The notes beneath the pieces were generated by a model that made no database searches, was not told where the DNA came from, and saw only the letters and a list, made by a program, of their open reading frames with translations. From sequence record PV660448: DNA of 64,000 nucleotides, one strand, 5' to 3'. The position numbers and the translations under genes are program-made. This DNA comes from Escherichia phage LF82-4. Positions 46,376-58,393 of the stretch are shown one piece after another. Positions within the stretch are counted from its first letter, which is position 1, and each line of letters begins with the position of its first letter.

Positions 46376-48108
46376 TGGAAATGATTAGCAGTAGCCTTAA
46401 TTGGTTCGTGGGTGTTGTTGAGGACAGAATGGACCCATTAAAACAAGGGCGAGTTCGAGTTCGAGTCGTTGGTCTTCATCCAGCACAGAGAGCACAAGGT
46501 GATGTACAAGGTATTCCTACAGAAAAACTTCCGTGGATGACTGTTATTCAACCTATTACGTCTGCATCAATTTCAGGTATTGGTGGTTCTGTTACAGGTC
46601 CTGTTGAAGGAACTCGAGTATATGGTCATTTCTTAGACAAATGGAAAACAAACGGGATTGTACTTGGTACATACGGCGGAATCGTACGTGAAAAGCCTAA
46701 TAGACTTGAAGGTTTTTCAGACCCGACTGGCCAATATCCGCGACGTTTAGGTAATGATACGAACGTATTAAACCAAGGTGGTGAAGCTGGTTATTATTCA
46801 AACTCTAACGTAATTCAAGATAACAACTTGGATTATGGTATAAACCCAGATGATACAGATTTGGCAAATATTCCAGAAGATGATGACCCTAATTTTACAA
46901 TAACAGAAATGTTACGTCGTGACGAAGGACTTCGTGATAAAGTGTATTGGGACCATCTAGGGTATCCTACAGTAGGTATTGGACACCTTATCGTAATGGA
47001 AAAGACCCGAGATATGTCTCGAATTAATAAATTGTTATCTGACCAAGTAGGGCGTGAAGTAACAGGAAATCCAGGGACTATTACATTAGAAGAAGCAACA
47101 GCGTTATTTGAGAAAGACCTTGCTAAGATGCAGAAAGATATTCGTTCTAATTCTAAAGTAGGTCCTGTTTATGCCAAAATGAATAGGTCTCGCCAAATGG
47201 CATTAGAAAACATGTGCTTCCAAATGGGTGTTGGCGGTGTAGCAAAATTCAATACTATGCTTAAAGCAATGGCCGCAGGCGATTGGAAAACTGCATACAA
47301 ATCTGGGCGTGATTCGTTATGGTTCCAACAGACTAAAGGACGTGCTTCACGCGTAACAACAATTATTTTAACTGGTAACATGGAATCATACGGTGTTCCT
47401 GTTAAAACACCACCTTCGCCTGGTGTTGGTGCCGATTTAGTTACTAGAAATACAGATCCAGAAGATCCGGCTAGTCCTCCTGTTCCATTAGATTCACGTA
47501 TCCTTTTTAAAGAACCGGAATCAAGTTATCGTGGTGAATACCCGTATGTTCATGCTATGGAAACAGAAAGCGGACATATCCAAGAGTTTGACGACACTCC
47601 AGGTAATGAACGTTATCGCTTAGTTCATCCGACAGGGTCATATGAGGAAGTTTCTCCATCCGGTCGTCGTACTCGTAAAACTGTAGAAGACCTTTTTGAC
47701 ATCACTAATGGCGATGGGAACTTCTTGATTTCTGGTGATAAACTTGTTAACGTTGGTGCTAATGAAATATATTATAACATGGCAGACCGCCTCCATCAAA
47801 TAGATGGCAGCGACACAATCTTTATTCGTGGTAACCAAACTAAAACTGTTGAAGGCGATGGAACTCTTTACGTTAAGGGCAATATCAAAATAGTTGTTGA
47901 CGGAAATGCAGATATTCTTGTTAAAGGTGATGCTAAGACTCAAGTTGAAGGGAATCATGACTATACTGTCAATGGTAATGTTAAATGGACTGTCAATGGT
48001 AATGTTGATATGACTGTTGCTGGCAATTGGTCTGAGACAATGACTACAATGAGCTCAATAGCTTCAGGACAATATACTGTTGACGGATCTCGTATTGATA
48101 TTGGGTAA
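46375..48108 (+). CDS. 5: baseplate hub and tail lysozyme gp5
   Basis: 577 aa; central lysozyme domain (DEGLRDKVYWDHLGYPTVGIGHL) and C-terminal beta-helix V-x-G repeats ending VDGSRIDIG. Confidence 0.95.
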   Translation: MEMISSSLNWFVGVVEDRMDPLKQGRVRVRVVGLHPAQRAQGDVQGIPTEKLPWMTVIQPITSASISGIGGSVTGPVEGTRVYGHFLDKWKTNGIVLGTYGGIVREKPNRLEGFSDPTGQYPRRLGNDTNVLNQGGEAGYYSNSNVIQDNNLDYGINPDDTDLANIPEDDDPNFTITEMLRRDEGLRDKVYWDHLGYPTVGIGHLIVMEKTRDMSRINKLLSDQVGREVTGNPGTITLEEATALFEKDLAKMQKDIRSNSKVGPVYAKMNRSRQMALENMCFQMGVGGVAKFNTMLKAMAAGDWKTAYKSGRDSLWFQQTKGRASRVTTIILTGNMESYGVPVKTPPSPGVGADLVTRNTDPEDPASPPVPLDSRILFKEPESSYRGEYPYVHAMETESGHIQEFDDTPGNERYRLVHPTGSYEEVSPSGRRTRKTVEDLFDITNGDGNFLISGDKLVNVGANEIYYNMADRLHQIDGSDTIFIRGNQTKTVEGDGTLYVKGNIKIVVDGNADILVKGDAKTQVEGNHDYTVNGNVKWTVNGNVDMTVAGNWSETMTTMSSIASGQYTVDGSRIDIG

Positions 48109-48111
48109 TAT

Positions 48112-48627
48112 ATGGCACAAATACTTCCTTTAAATACCGACTTAGGAGAAGACATGGAAGTGGCGTCTATTGACGTCCTTTTTACTCCTCAGCTAGAAAC
48201 GTCCGAAACTTTAGTGTCAATAAATATAACAGATTATGAACCGACACAAGGCATTACGGTAGATGGTAATCGTTTATATGGAACATATGAAAGTGTGTTT
48301 AGCTTTTCTTCGGATGCATTGAAATATCGATTAAATGATGATTTTAAAACTGCATCTTCATGGGATGATTTACCGAAAGATGAATCCGCACAGTTATATT
48401 TGTGGAGAGCTCCTCAGAATCTTCGTAAAGTGTTTAGTTATACGGTTGAAATGATTTATAACTACCAAGAAGAAAGTTCATCAGGCGGCACAAGAAGTGA
48501 CTCTGGTGCAGAACCTCCACCGGCTCCAGTACAAAAAACTCTTACTAAGGTTTATACAAAAACTATAGTAGGAAATTGGAGCAAATGGGCACAACAATTA
48601 CGAAACTATGTTTATATGAGGCCATAA
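48112..48627 (+). CDS. 5.1: hypothetical protein gp5.1
   Basis: 171 aa ORF directly after gene 5 as in T4. Confidence 0.6.
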   Translation: MAQILPLNTDLGEDMEVASIDVLFTPQLETSETLVSINITDYEPTQGITVDGNRLYGTYESVFSFSSDALKYRLNDDFKTASSWDDLPKDESAQLYLWRAPQNLRKVFSYTVEMIYNYQEESSSGGTRSDSGAEPPPAPVQKTLTKVYTKTIVGNWSKWAQQLRNYVYMRP

Positions 48628-48629
48628 AA

Positions 48630-48923
48630 ATGTCTGGCTTAAGTTACGACCAGTGCGTTACAACAGGTCATGAAGCATGGCCTCCTACGGTAATTAACGC
48701 TTCTCAATCTAAAGTATTCACCGGTGGTATTCCTGTTCTTGTAGCAGGAGACCAAATAACACCTCATACAGAAATTAAAAAACCATACGAGACTCATGGT
48801 GGTGTTACTGAACCTCGTACATCTAAAGTATATGTCACCGGTAAAAAGGCCGTTCAAATGGCTGACCCAATTTCATGCGGGGATACTGTTTCTCAGGCCT
48901 CGTCAAAAGTCTTTATCAAATAG
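48630..48923 (+). CDS. 5.4: PAAR-repeat baseplate spike tip protein gp5.4
   Basis: 97 aa from [16 protein letters not shown]; PAAR-like motifs; ORF track upstream extension rejected. Confidence 0.75.
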   Translation: MSGLSYDQCVTTGHEAWPPTVINASQSKVFTGGIPVLVAGDQITPHTEIKKPYETHGGVTEPRTSKVYVTGKKAVQMADPISCGDTVSQASSKVFIK

Positions 48924-48931
48924 GAATTAAA

Positions 48932-50902
48932 ATGGCAAACACTCCTGTAAATTATCAATTAACCCGAACAGCGAATGCTATTCCCGAGATTTTTATCGGG
49001 GGCACATTTGCCGAAATCAAACAAAACATTATCGAATGGCTCAATGGACAGAACGAATTTCTTGATTATGATTTTGAAGGTTCGCGTTTAAACGTATTGT
49101 GCGACCTTTTAGCATATAATACTCTTTATATCCAACAGTTCAGTAATAGTGCGGTGTATGAAAGCTTTATGCGCACTGCAAACTTGCGTAGCTCTGTTGT
49201 ACAAGCGGCTCAAGATAACGGATACCTGCCTGCATCTAAATCGGCAGCACAAACAGAAATTATGCTCACATGTACGGATGCGTTAAATAGAAACTATATC
49301 ACTATTCCGCGTGGTACTCGTTTCCTGGCGTATGCTAAAGGTACTTCTGTTAACCCGTATAACTTTGTTTCCACCGAAGACGTCATTGTAGTTAAAGACA
49401 AAAATAATCAATATTTCCCACGTCTTAGGTTAGCTCAGGGACGTATTGTTCGTACTGAATTAACATTTGATAAATTAAAACCTATCATTATTCGTGATAA
49501 GAACATTGACCGTAATTTGGTTAAATTGTATGTTGACGGAGCAGAATGGATTAACTGGACTCGCAAATCGATGGTTCATGCTGGTTCTACTTCAACCATT
49601 TATTATATGCGAGAAACTGTTGACGGGAACACTGAATTTTATTTTGGTGAAGGTGAAATCTCTATTAACACATCAGAAGGTGCTTTAACATCTAACTACG
49701 TTGGCGGCCTTAAACCTGTCCAGGGTTCTAAAATCGTAATTGAATATATTTCTACTAATGGTGCTGAAGCAAATGGTGCAGTAGGATTCTCTTATGCTGA
49801 TACATTAGCTAATATCACAGTTATTGGAATTAATGAAAACCCAAGTAATAACCCTGACTTCGTTGGTGCGGATGGCGGTGGCGACCCTGAAGATATTGAA
49901 CGTATCCGTGAATTAGGTACAATTAAACGCGAAACTCAACAACGATGTGTGACTGCGACAGATTACGACACATTCGTCTCTGAACGATTTGGTTCTATTA
50001 TTCAAGCGGTTCAGACATTTACGGATTCATCTAAGCCTGGGTACGCATTTATTGCTGCTAAACCTAAGTCTGGGTTATATTTGACTTCCGTCCAACGAGA
50101 CGATATTAAAAATTATCTTAATGAGTATAACTTAGGGACGATAACTCCTGTTGTTATTTCTCCTGATTATTTGTTTATTAAAATGAATATTCGCGTTACG
50201 TATGCATTGAACAAATTACAGGAATCTGAACAATGGTTAGAAGGCCAAATTATTAATAAAATCGACCGGTATTATATTGAAGACGTGGAAATTTTTAACT
50301 CGTCATTCGCAAAATCTAAAATGCTAACGTATGTCGATGACGCAGATATTTCTATCATTGGTTCGTCTGCGACTATTCAAATGGTTCGCGAGGTACAGAA
50401 CTTCTACAAAACACCTGAAACAGGTATTAAATACAATAACCAGATTAAAGATAGAACATTAGAATCTAACGTGTTTTCATTTGATAGTTTACGCGTTGAC
50501 CCTGAAACGGAAGCTACTATTAAATACGACGTTCGCATTGTAGGTTCAGATAGAAATGACCGTGGCATTGGACAAGTTATCATTGGCCCGTTTGCAGATG
50601 GCGACGTTATAGAAAATGCTTATATTCAACCATATACTGGTGACGATTTTAATAAACTTCATGTTACGGACGGAAGAAACAAATATTACTCTATAGGTGA
50701 AGTAAATTATCCTGCTGATTCAATTTATTGGAATATAGCTAAAATTGATTTAACTTCTGATAGGTTTGAAGTTCAAACTATTGAACTCTATTCAGACCCA
50801 GCTGATGATGTTATCTTTACTAAAGACGGGTCATTAATTGTATTTGAAAATGACTTACGTCCGCAATATTTAACCATAGATTTGGAGCCTATTTCACAAT
50901 GA
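48932..50902 (+). CDS. 6: baseplate wedge protein gp6
   Basis: Start MANTPVNYQL after AGGAAT RBS; 656 aa; synteny 5-6-7. Confidence 0.9.
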   Translation: MANTPVNYQLTRTANAIPEIFIGGTFAEIKQNIIEWLNGQNEFLDYDFEGSRLNVLCDLLAYNTLYIQQFSNSAVYESFMRTANLRSSVVQAAQDNGYLPASKSAAQTEIMLTCTDALNRNYITIPRGTRFLAYAKGTSVNPYNFVSTEDVIVVKDKNNQYFPRLRLAQGRIVRTELTFDKLKPIIIRDKNIDRNLVKLYVDGAEWINWTRKSMVHAGSTSTIYYMRETVDGNTEFYFGEGEISINTSEGALTSNYVGGLKPVQGSKIVIEYISTNGAEANGAVGFSYADTLANITVIGINENPSNNPDFVGADGGGDPEDIERIRELGTIKRETQQRCVTATDYDTFVSERFGSIIQAVQTFTDSSKPGYAFIAAKPKSGLYLTSVQRDDIKNYLNEYNLGTITPVVISPDYLFIKMNIRVTYALNKLQESEQWLEGQIINKIDRYYIEDVEIFNSSFAKSKMLTYVDDADISIIGSSATIQMVREVQNFYKTPETGIKYNNQIKDRTLESNVFSFDSLRVDPETEATIKYDVRIVGSDRNDRGIGQVIIGPFADGDVIENAYIQPYTGDDFNKLHVTDGRNKYYSIGEVNYPADSIYWNIAKIDLTSDRFEVQTIELYSDPADDVIFTKDGSLIVFENDLRPQYLTIDLEPISQ

Positions 50903-53900
50903 CAGTAAAAGCGCCAGCAGTCACGAGTCTCAGATTATCTAAATTGTCCGCAAACCAAGTTCAAATTCGCTGGGATGAGGTTGGCGCTAATTTCTACTAT
51001 TTTGTGGAAATAGCTGAGACCAAAACAGCTAACGGGGAAGCAATTCCCCGTAATAGCTATAGATGGACTAATTTAGGATATACCGCTGATAACAATTTCT
51101 TTGAGTCTGGTTTAAATTCATTAACAACATATATGATGCGTGTGGCTACAGCAGCGGAGGGATTTGAGCAGTCTGATTGGAGATACACCGAAGAGTTTGA
51201 AACATTTGAAATAAACGCTTACACATTCCAACATATGATTGAAATGCAATTAGCTAACGAGTTTATTTCTGAAAAATTTACAAAAAATAATACAAGCTAC
51301 GTTGATTTTAATAATGACACGATCATGGCAGCACTGATGAGCGAGTCGTTCCAATTTAGTCCTGCATACACCGATGTGTCATCGATTAGAAATTTTATAA
51401 TTGGTGAAAATCAGTATCATGAAATCCAGGGGCATATCCAGGATGTATGTAAAGATATAAATCGAGTATATCTAATGGAATCTGAAGGAATTCTTTACCT
51501 TTTTGAAAGATTCCAACCTATTGTAAAAGTGTCTAATGATAAAGGCCAAACATGGAAAGCGGTTAAATTGCTTAATGACCGTGTAGGATATCCACTTTCA
51601 CGAACCGTATATTACCAATCAGAATATACGACGTATTTGCTCGGCTATGATAAGATTTTTTACGGGCGTAAATCATCCGATATTCGTTGGTCTGCTGATG
51701 ATGTTCGTTTCAGTTCACAAGACGTAACATTTGCTAAAATCGGGGACCAATTAAATTTAGGTTTTGATGTAGAGATTTTCGGTACATACGCGTCATTACC
51801 AGGAAACGTATCACGTATTGCAGAAGCTATTACTTGTAATGATGACTATGTTTATATTGCGGCCAGAGATAAAGTTCGCTTCGTTAAAACCAGTAACGCT
51901 CCTATTGATTCAGATCCATTATCTCCGACCTATTCCGAACGGTTGTTTGAACCTGAGATGTTTACAATAACAGGCAACCCTAAAGCAGTTTGTTATAAAA
52001 TGGATTCTGTTGGTGGAAGAATATTCGCTCTTATTATTGGTGAAGTCGAAAACGTTAATGACGACCCAAGAACAAAGCCTATTTTGGATTCTGTTGATAA
52101 AGGTGTATACGTTTTAGACCATGACGCTGGAACATTTAAAAGGATATTTGGTAATACTGAAGAAGAACGCCGTCGTATAGAACCGGCTTTCACCAATATG
52201 TCTACTGACGGTGTTGAGCTTTATATCTCTTCTAGTAATTTTAAATTTTTAGAATCTGATATTGTTGACGACCCGGAAACGCAATCTAAGTATGGACTTT
52301 TAGGAGCGGTTAAGTATGAATATCCTAGAGAATGGCTCGCAGATAAACATTACCATATGATGATTTTCGCATCAAACGAAGAAAGTAATTGGGAAACTTT
52401 TTCACCAACTCCTATGCAGTATTATGCAGAACCTTTCTTTAGTTATTCTAGAAAATCAGGCACACGTTCTTGGATTAATAACTCTGATAGAGCGGTAGTG
52501 ATTTATTCTGATTTGCTTTACACAAAGGTAGTGGAAAGCTACCCTAGCACTTCACCTGATCGTAAAGTTCACGAATACTGGAATGATGGCGATTGTAAGA
52601 TTGTTATGCCGAATATAGAATTCACTGGATTTAAAAAATACGCGTCTGGTATGTTGTTTTATAAATCATCAGGTGAAATAATTTCATATTATGATTTTAG
52701 TTATCGTGTTAGAGATAACGTTTCTATAATTTGGAAGCCCACTAACGTATTTTTGACCGCCTCATTACAAAACCAAGAAAAAGAAACTTCTTGGGTTCCT
52801 GTTGAAGAGACAGGTCTAGCTGACCCGGATTTACGCCCATTACTCACTACAATGATGCCAGAGTCTTATCTGTTGGATAATACAAACTTTGAAGCATTTT
52901 GTGAAGCGTATATTCAATATCTTTCTGATGGATATGGGACTCATTATAATAACTTATTGAATTTGATTAAAAATAAATACCCGCGAGAAGAACACGCATG
53001 GGAATATCTTTGGTCTGAAATTTATAAACGGAACATTTATTTGAATGCTGAGAAACGTGATTTAGTTTCTAGGTTCTTTGAGTCCAGAAGTTATGATTTT
53101 TATTCTACTAAAGGAACTGAAGCATCGTATAAGTTTTTGTTTAAAGTTCTTTATAACGAAGACGTTGAAGTAGAAATCGAGTCATCTGCTGGAACAGAGT
53201 ATGATATCATAATTCAATCTGATTCTATAAGTGAAGATTTGGTTGGACAAACTATATACACCGCTACAGGTAGATGTAATGTTACATATTTAGAAAGAAG
53301 CTATTCTAAAGGTAAATTACAATGGACTGTGACTATTCATAACCTTTTAGGTAGGCTTTTAGTCGGTCAAGAAGTAAAAGCCGAAAGACTAGCAGATTTT
53401 GAAGGTGAAATAGTTCGCGGTATTAAAGGTAAAGAACTTGCCCAAAACACTATCGATTATTTTAATCGTGGTAGAGCTTATTACGTCATGAAAATAAAGT
53501 CAAATCTTCCATCCTCTCGTTGGAAATCTGACGTACTACGTTTTGTACATCCGGTAGGATTTGGATTTATTGCAATAACCTTATTAACAATGTTTATTAA
53601 TACAGGATTAACGCTTAAACATGTTGAAACTATTATTAATAAATATAAAAATTATAAGTGGGATTCCGGACTGCCTACGGAATATGCAGACCGCGTCGCT
53701 CGTTTAGACCCTCAAGGTAATGTAGAATTCAATCCTGTTACAGGTGAAGTAATTTATGATGCTGGTCCTTATGCCGGTATCGAATACCCTTTACCTGCAA
53801 ATTATAATGAAGAAAATGATAACTCTATTTTCCAAGGACAATTACCGTCCGAACGACGCAAGCCGATGAGCCCATTATTTGATGCATCAGGTACAACGTT

Positions 53901-53997
53901 CTCTAGATTTAGAGAGCTTGTTAATGAAAGATTGTTAGATAACGTGGGAAATCCTAGAGACCCGATTAATCCACCACAGGTTAAATTAGATGAATGA
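50899..53997 (+). CDS. 7: baseplate wedge initiator gp7
   Basis: 1032 aa, same length as T4 gp7; ATGA overlap with gene 6. Confidence 0.9.
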   Translation: MTVKAPAVTSLRLSKLSANQVQIRWDEVGANFYYFVEIAETKTANGEAIPRNSYRWTNLGYTADNNFFESGLNSLTTYMMRVATAAEGFEQSDWRYTEEFETFEINAYTFQHMIEMQLANEFISEKFTKNNTSYVDFNNDTIMAALMSESFQFSPAYTDVSSIRNFIIGENQYHEIQGHIQDVCKDINRVYLMESEGILYLFERFQPIVKVSNDKGQTWKAVKLLNDRVGYPLSRTVYYQSEYTTYLLGYDKIFYGRKSSDIRWSADDVRFSSQDVTFAKIGDQLNLGFDVEIFGTYASLPGNVSRIAEAITCNDDYVYIAARDKVRFVKTSNAPIDSDPLSPTYSERLFEPEMFTITGNPKAVCYKMDSVGGRIFALIIGEVENVNDDPRTKPILDSVDKGVYVLDHDAGTFKRIFGNTEEERRRIEPAFTNMSTDGVELYISSSNFKFLESDIVDDPETQSKYGLLGAVKYEYPREWLADKHYHMMIFASNEESNWETFSPTPMQYYAEPFFSYSRKSGTRSWINNSDRAVVIYSDLLYTKVVESYPSTSPDRKVHEYWNDGDCKIVMPNIEFTGFKKYASGMLFYKSSGEIISYYDFSYRVRDNVSIIWKPTNVFLTASLQNQEKETSWVPVEETGLADPDLRPLLTTMMPESYLLDNTNFEAFCEAYIQYLSDGYGTHYNNLLNLIKNKYPREEHAWEYLWSEIYKRNIYLNAEKRDLVSRFFESRSYDFYSTKGTEASYKFLFKVLYNEDVEVEIESSAGTEYDIIIQSDSISEDLVGQTIYTATGRCNVTYLERSYSKGKLQWTVTIHNLLGRLLVGQEVKAERLADFEGEIVRGIKGKELAQNTIDYFNRGRAYYVMKIKSNLPSSRWKSDVLRFVHPVGFGFIAITLLTMFINTGLTLKHVETIINKYKNYKWDSGLPTEYADRVARLDPQGNVEFNPVTGEVIYDAGPYAGIEYPLPANYNEENDNSIFQGQLPSERRKPMSPLFDASGTTFSRFRELVNERLLDNVGNPRDPINPPQVKLDE

Positions 53998-54994
53998 TTC
54001 AAGTGTTGTCTATCGTGCGATAGTTACTTCAAAATTTAGAACTGAAAAAATGTTGAATTTCTACAATTCAATAGGTGATGGTGATAATAAAAACACCATC
54101 TTTATAACGTTTGGTCGGTCTGAACCATGGGCTGCTAATGAAAATGAGGTGGGCTTCGCCCCACCGTATCCAACAGACTCGGTTTTAGGTGTAACAGATA
54201 TGTGGACTAACATGATGGGTTTAGTTAAAGTTATCCCATCTATGTTAGACTCGGTTATTCCTAGACGTGACTGGGGAGATATTCGTTATCCGGACCCTTA
54301 TACATTCAAAATAAATGATATAGTCGTATGTAATACAGCCCCATATAATGCCACTGAAGTCGGAGCTGGATGGTTAGTATACCGTTGCGTAGATGTTCCT
54401 GATGTTGGGATATGTTCTATTGAGTCTCTCGACAACAAAGAAGAATGTCTTAAATTAGGCGGTAAATGGACTCCATCTGTTAGGTCTTTAACCCCTCCTG
54501 AAGGCCGTGGAGATGCTGAAGGGATTATCGAAGTTGGTGATGGATATATATGGGAGTATCTTTATGAGATTCCACCTGATGTGTCTATAAACCGATGTAC
54601 TAATGAATATATAGTCGTTCCATGGCCGGAAGAAGTTAAAGAAGACCCTGCTCGTTGGGGATATGAAAACAATCTAACCTGGCAACAAGATGATTTTGGC
54701 CTTGTGTATAGAGTTAAAGCAAACATAATTCGTTTTAAAGCCTATTTAGACTCAGTTTATTTCCCTAATGCAGCACTGCCTGGTAATAAAGGATTTAGAC
54801 AAATTTCTATTATCACAAACCCGTTGGAAGCTAAACTCCGTCCTAATGACCCTAATATAAAAGCTGAAAAGGATTATTATGACCCCAGAGATTTACAGCG
54901 TCATTCCGGTGAAATGATTTATATGGAAAACCGTCCACCTATTATTATGGCAATGGACCAAACCGAAGAGATCAATATTTTGTTTATGTTCTAA
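53990..54994 (+). CDS. 8: baseplate wedge protein gp8
   Basis: 334 aa as T4 gp8; followed by hairpin terminator. Confidence 0.9.
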   Translation: MNDSSVVYRAIVTSKFRTEKMLNFYNSIGDGDNKNTIFITFGRSEPWAANENEVGFAPPYPTDSVLGVTDMWTNMMGLVKVIPSMLDSVIPRRDWGDIRYPDPYTFKINDIVVCNTAPYNATEVGAGWLVYRCVDVPDVGICSIESLDNKEECLKLGGKWTPSVRSLTPPEGRGDAEGIIEVGDGYIWEYLYEIPPDVSINRCTNEYIVVPWPEEVKEDPARWGYENNLTWQQDDFGLVYRVKANIIRFKAYLDSVYFPNAALPGNKGFRQISIITNPLEAKLRPNDPNIKAEKDYYDPRDLQRHSGEMIYMENRPPIIMAMDQTEEINILFMF

Positions 54995-54998
54995 TTTA

Positions 54999-55020
54999 GG
55001 GAGACTTCGGTCTCCCTTTC
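54999..55020 (+). terminator. intrinsic terminator after gene 8
   Basis: GGGAGAC-TTCG-GTCTCCC followed by TTTC. Confidence 0.6.
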
Positions 55021-55023
55021 GTG

Positions 55024-55031
55024 TATAAATA
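55024..55031 (+). promoter_or_regulatory. late promoter TATAAATA for gene 9
   Basis: Exact TATAAATA 26 nt upstream of gene 9 ATG, just after the gene 8 terminator. Confidence 0.65.
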
Positions 55032-55056
55032 GTATAAACTATTAAGGATTAGCCAC

Positions 55057-55920
55057 ATGTATATTCAAACTCCAAAACAATTGATTGACGTTGGCGAAAT
55101 TGGTAACGCTTCTACAGGCGATATCCTTTTTGACGGCGGTGTTAAAATAAACAATGATATAAATGCTATTTACAATGCGTTTGGCGACCAACGAAAAATG
55201 GCAACTGCTAATGGGACAGGACCAAATGGACAAATAATCCATGCTACTGGATACTACCAAAAAGGAGGTCCTACTGATTATTTCACCCCTGTTCCAGTAG
55301 GAAGTAGACACGACATAGATGCTTCCACCGGTGGTGTTATTGTTACTGTTGCTAGAGGTGAACTCGGTGATTCCGTGGAATTTATAAATTCAAACGGGTC
55401 AATTTCGGTAAACAACCCATTAAGTATCCAAGCATTAGATTCTATTAAAGGTGTTGCAGGTAATTTAGTTATAACCACACCTTATACTAAAGTTACTCTT
55501 CGTTGTATTTCTTCTGGTACAGGCGGCTCAATATGGGATTATTCTACAGAAAGTATGTTTAGTCATACCGAAATTCCTGTAGACGGGACATGGAATATTA
55601 TTTCAGACTATGTCAATATTCCTCTATTTTATAAAACTGAATATAATGCTGCTAAACTTTTGGTTACATGCCAATCTGCCAACGGCAGAAAAATTAAATC
55701 ATGCGAAATAAATATTCTAATAGATACAATTAATTCAAGAGTTATTTCAACCGAATACGCAGTGATGCGCGTTGGTAATGATAACGAAGAAGATGAAATT
55801 GCGAATATTAGTTTTTCGATAATTAACAATTTTGCCACTATGACAGTTTCTTCACATATAAATGGTCTTCGAGTGGCAGCTAAAGTTATTTCAACTCAGA
55901 AAATTAGGGTCGCTCAATAA
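55057..55920 (+). CDS. 9: baseplate wedge tail fiber connector gp9
   Basis: MYIQTPKQLIDVGEIGNASTGDILFDGG; 287 aa; late promoter TATAAATA 26 nt upstream. Confidence 0.9.
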   Translation: MYIQTPKQLIDVGEIGNASTGDILFDGGVKINNDINAIYNAFGDQRKMATANGTGPNGQIIHATGYYQKGGPTDYFTPVPVGSRHDIDASTGGVIVTVARGELGDSVEFINSNGSISVNNPLSIQALDSIKGVAGNLVITTPYTKVTLRCISSGTGGSIWDYSTESMFSHTEIPVDGTWNIISDYVNIPLFYKTEYNAAKLLVTCQSANGRKIKSCEINILIDTINSRVISTEYAVMRVGNDNEEDEIANISFSIINNFATMTVSSHINGLRVAAKVISTQKIRVAQ

Positions 55921-57734
55921 TGAAACAAAATATTAAAATTGGGAACGTCGTTGATGACGGACAAGGCGATTACCTTCGTCGTGGTGGTGCAAAAATTAAT
56001 GAAAACTTTGATGAGTTGTATTATGAATTAGGCGATGGCGAAGTTCCATATTCCGCTGGTGCCTGGAAAACATACCATTCTTCAGATGGACTTAATTTAG
56101 CTGCTGAATGGGGTAAATCATACGCAATTGATACTTCAACAGGGCGTGTTTCTATAAATTTACCTAAAGGAACAGTGGAAGATTATAATAAAGTAATTAG
56201 AGCCCGTGATGTATTCGCCACGTGGAATATTAACCCTGTAACATTAATTGCTGCCAGCGGTGATACTATTAAAGGTTCTTCCAGCCCAGTAGAAATCAAT
56301 GTGCAGTTTTCAGACTTAGAATTAGTTTACTGTTCTCCTGGGCGCTGGGAATACGTTAAAAATAAACAAATAGACAAAATTACTAGTTCTGATATTAGTA
56401 GTGTAGCTCGTAAAGAATTTTTAGTCGAAGTTCAAGGTCAAACTGATTTTCTTGATGTATTTGGGTCTGTTTCTTATAATGTGAATAATATCCGTGTAAA
56501 ACATCGTGGTAACGAATTATACTACGGTGATGCGTTCAGTGACAATAGCGACTTTGGTTCTCCAGGAGCTAATCCCGGAGAAATCGTTGCATTAGATGGT
56601 AAAAACATCCGTTTAAGACAACCATGTAATATTGGCGACACCGTACAAATTGAAACCTTTTTGGATGGGATTACACAATTACGCAGTTCTTATTCTCGCC
56701 GCCAAATACGTATTTTAGATTCAAAATTAACAACCCGTCCTTCCTTAGAAGGAAGTGTATATGTCGCTGATTTGTCAACTTTGAAATCTATTCCTTTTTC
56801 CGCATTTGGAGTTAATCCTTCAGAACCGGTCAATACCAATTCTTTAGAAGTTCGTTTTAACGGTATTCTTCAAGAATTAGCTGGTACTGTTGGTTTACCT
56901 ATGTTCAGATGTGAAGGAGCTGACGCAGAAACTTCTACTGAGTGTTCAGCTTTAGGTGGGACTTGGGTTACATCTAACACAGATTATTCTATTGAATATG
57001 ATGATAACGATGCAACTATCGCACGTGCTTTAGTCTTTGACCGTAAGTTTGAAGACCAAGACATTATTGATATTACATGGTTTAATAACGATTTAGGCAC
57101 TTTATTAAGTATCGATGACATTTTAGATACAACTGATGAAAGGTATGTCGCACAAGGTGCAACCGTAAATGTGACAGGCGATGTGGCTTTGACCGATTTC
57201 AATAATATCGGATGGCCTAATGTAGAACCTGTTCCGACATATAGCAGGGAATTCTCGTCTATTGCAAATATTTTTAACACTATTTACCCTGTCGGTACTA
57301 TTTACGAAAATGCGGTGAACCCTAATAACCCAGCCACATATTTAGGATTTGGCTCTTGGAAATTATGGGGACAAGGAAAAGTATTAGTTGGATGGAATGA
57401 CGATATTAGCGATCCTAATTTTGCATTAAATAATAACGACCTTGATTCTAGCGGGAATCCTACACATACCGCCGGTGGAACAGTCGGAACAACGTCTAAC
57501 ACACTAACTAATTCTGATTTACCTCCTACTCAAACTGACGAGAAAGTTCTTATTTCCGATGAGAACGGTACAATTATTATTGGTGGTTGTCAATACGACC
57601 CTGATGCAGAAGGTCCTATATACACCAAATACCGTGAAGGCCACGCCACAACGAATAGTACACACATACCGCCTCAAGCTGTAAATAATATTCAACCGTC
57701 AATTACCGTATACCGTTGGGTAAGGATTGCATAA
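55920..57734 (+). CDS. 10: baseplate wedge protein gp10
   Basis: 604 aa; N-terminus shares the [21 protein letters not shown] motif with gp9 start; synteny. Confidence 0.9.
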   Translation: MKQNIKIGNVVDDGQGDYLRRGGAKINENFDELYYELGDGEVPYSAGAWKTYHSSDGLNLAAEWGKSYAIDTSTGRVSINLPKGTVEDYNKVIRARDVFATWNINPVTLIAASGDTIKGSSSPVEINVQFSDLELVYCSPGRWEYVKNKQIDKITSSDISSVARKEFLVEVQGQTDFLDVFGSVSYNVNNIRVKHRGNELYYGDAFSDNSDFGSPGANPGEIVALDGKNIRLRQPCNIGDTVQIETFLDGITQLRSSYSRRQIRILDSKLTTRPSLEGSVYVADLSTLKSIPFSAFGVNPSEPVNTNSLEVRFNGILQELAGTVGLPMFRCEGADAETSTECSALGGTWVTSNTDYSIEYDDNDATIARALVFDRKFEDQDIIDITWFNNDLGTLLSIDDILDTTDERYVAQGATVNVTGDVALTDFNNIGWPNVEPVPTYSREFSSIANIFNTIYPVGTIYENAVNPNNPATYLGFGSWKLWGQGKVLVGWNDDISDPNFALNNNDLDSSGNPTHTAGGTVGTTSNTLTNSDLPPTQTDEKVLISDENGTIIIGGCQYDPDAEGPIYTKYREGHATTNSTHIPPQAVNNIQPSITVYRWVRIA

Positions 57735-58393
57735 TGACCATACTTAGTACTAAAGCGGGAGTAATATCCCGCGAAGCAGATTTTTTAGGATTTAGAAAAA
57801 ATCCTACTCAAATTGATATTTTAAACAACCAAGGCGTAGGTTCTGTAACTATTTCTCAATTGGCAAAAGGATTCTATGATGATAACGTAGAATCTGCAAT
57901 AAACGATGTTCATAATATTGCTAGAGCAGATGTAGGAACAGTTACAATTAACACCTCAGGTGTATCTCCTGAAGGAACTTCACAGGTAGATTATTGGTCC
58001 TTTAGTGGAAGTGTAACTGACCCTAGTTTGCCCGATGGAAGCCCTGTTATTGTAAAAGTTTATGGACTTCCTGTTAATGCTACTGTAGGTATGACCGCCG
58101 ACGAATTTGTTGTACAATTACGTACTACTCTCCGGAATGCGATTTCCGACCAATTGGCTATTGCAGAGTATAAAGATGACCCCACTGTTGGGACTAAATT
58201 ACAAATAACATATTTAGATAACCAAAGACACGTACTCCCAACGTATTCCTCTTATGGTATCACGGTTTCTCAAGAAATAGTGTCTCAGGCTAAGTCCGGG
58301 TACGGCACTTGGAATTTACTAGGTGCGCAAACCATTACTCTTGACAACCATATTTCACCTACAACCTTTTATTATTTTGTGAGAACCGCATGA
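57734..58393 (+). CDS. 11: baseplate wedge short tail fiber connector gp11
   Basis: 219 aa from [13 protein letters not shown]; start overlaps gene 10 stop (TAATG). Confidence 0.85.
   Translation: MTILSTKAGVISREADFLGFRKNPTQIDILNNQGVGSVTISQLAKGFYDDNVESAINDVHNIARADVGTVTINTSGVSPEGTSQVDYWSFSGSVTDPSLPDGSPVIVKVYGLPVNATVGMTADEFVVQLRTTLRNAISDQLAIAEYKDDPTVGTKLQITYLDNQRHVLPTYSSYGITVSQEIVSQAKSGYGTWNLLGAQTITLDNHISPTTFYYFVRTA

Noticed and set aside
47638-47958. 106-aa minus-strand ORF inside gene 5
   Set aside because: Antisense to the gp5 beta-helix region; the plus-strand late genes are contiguous and well supported.
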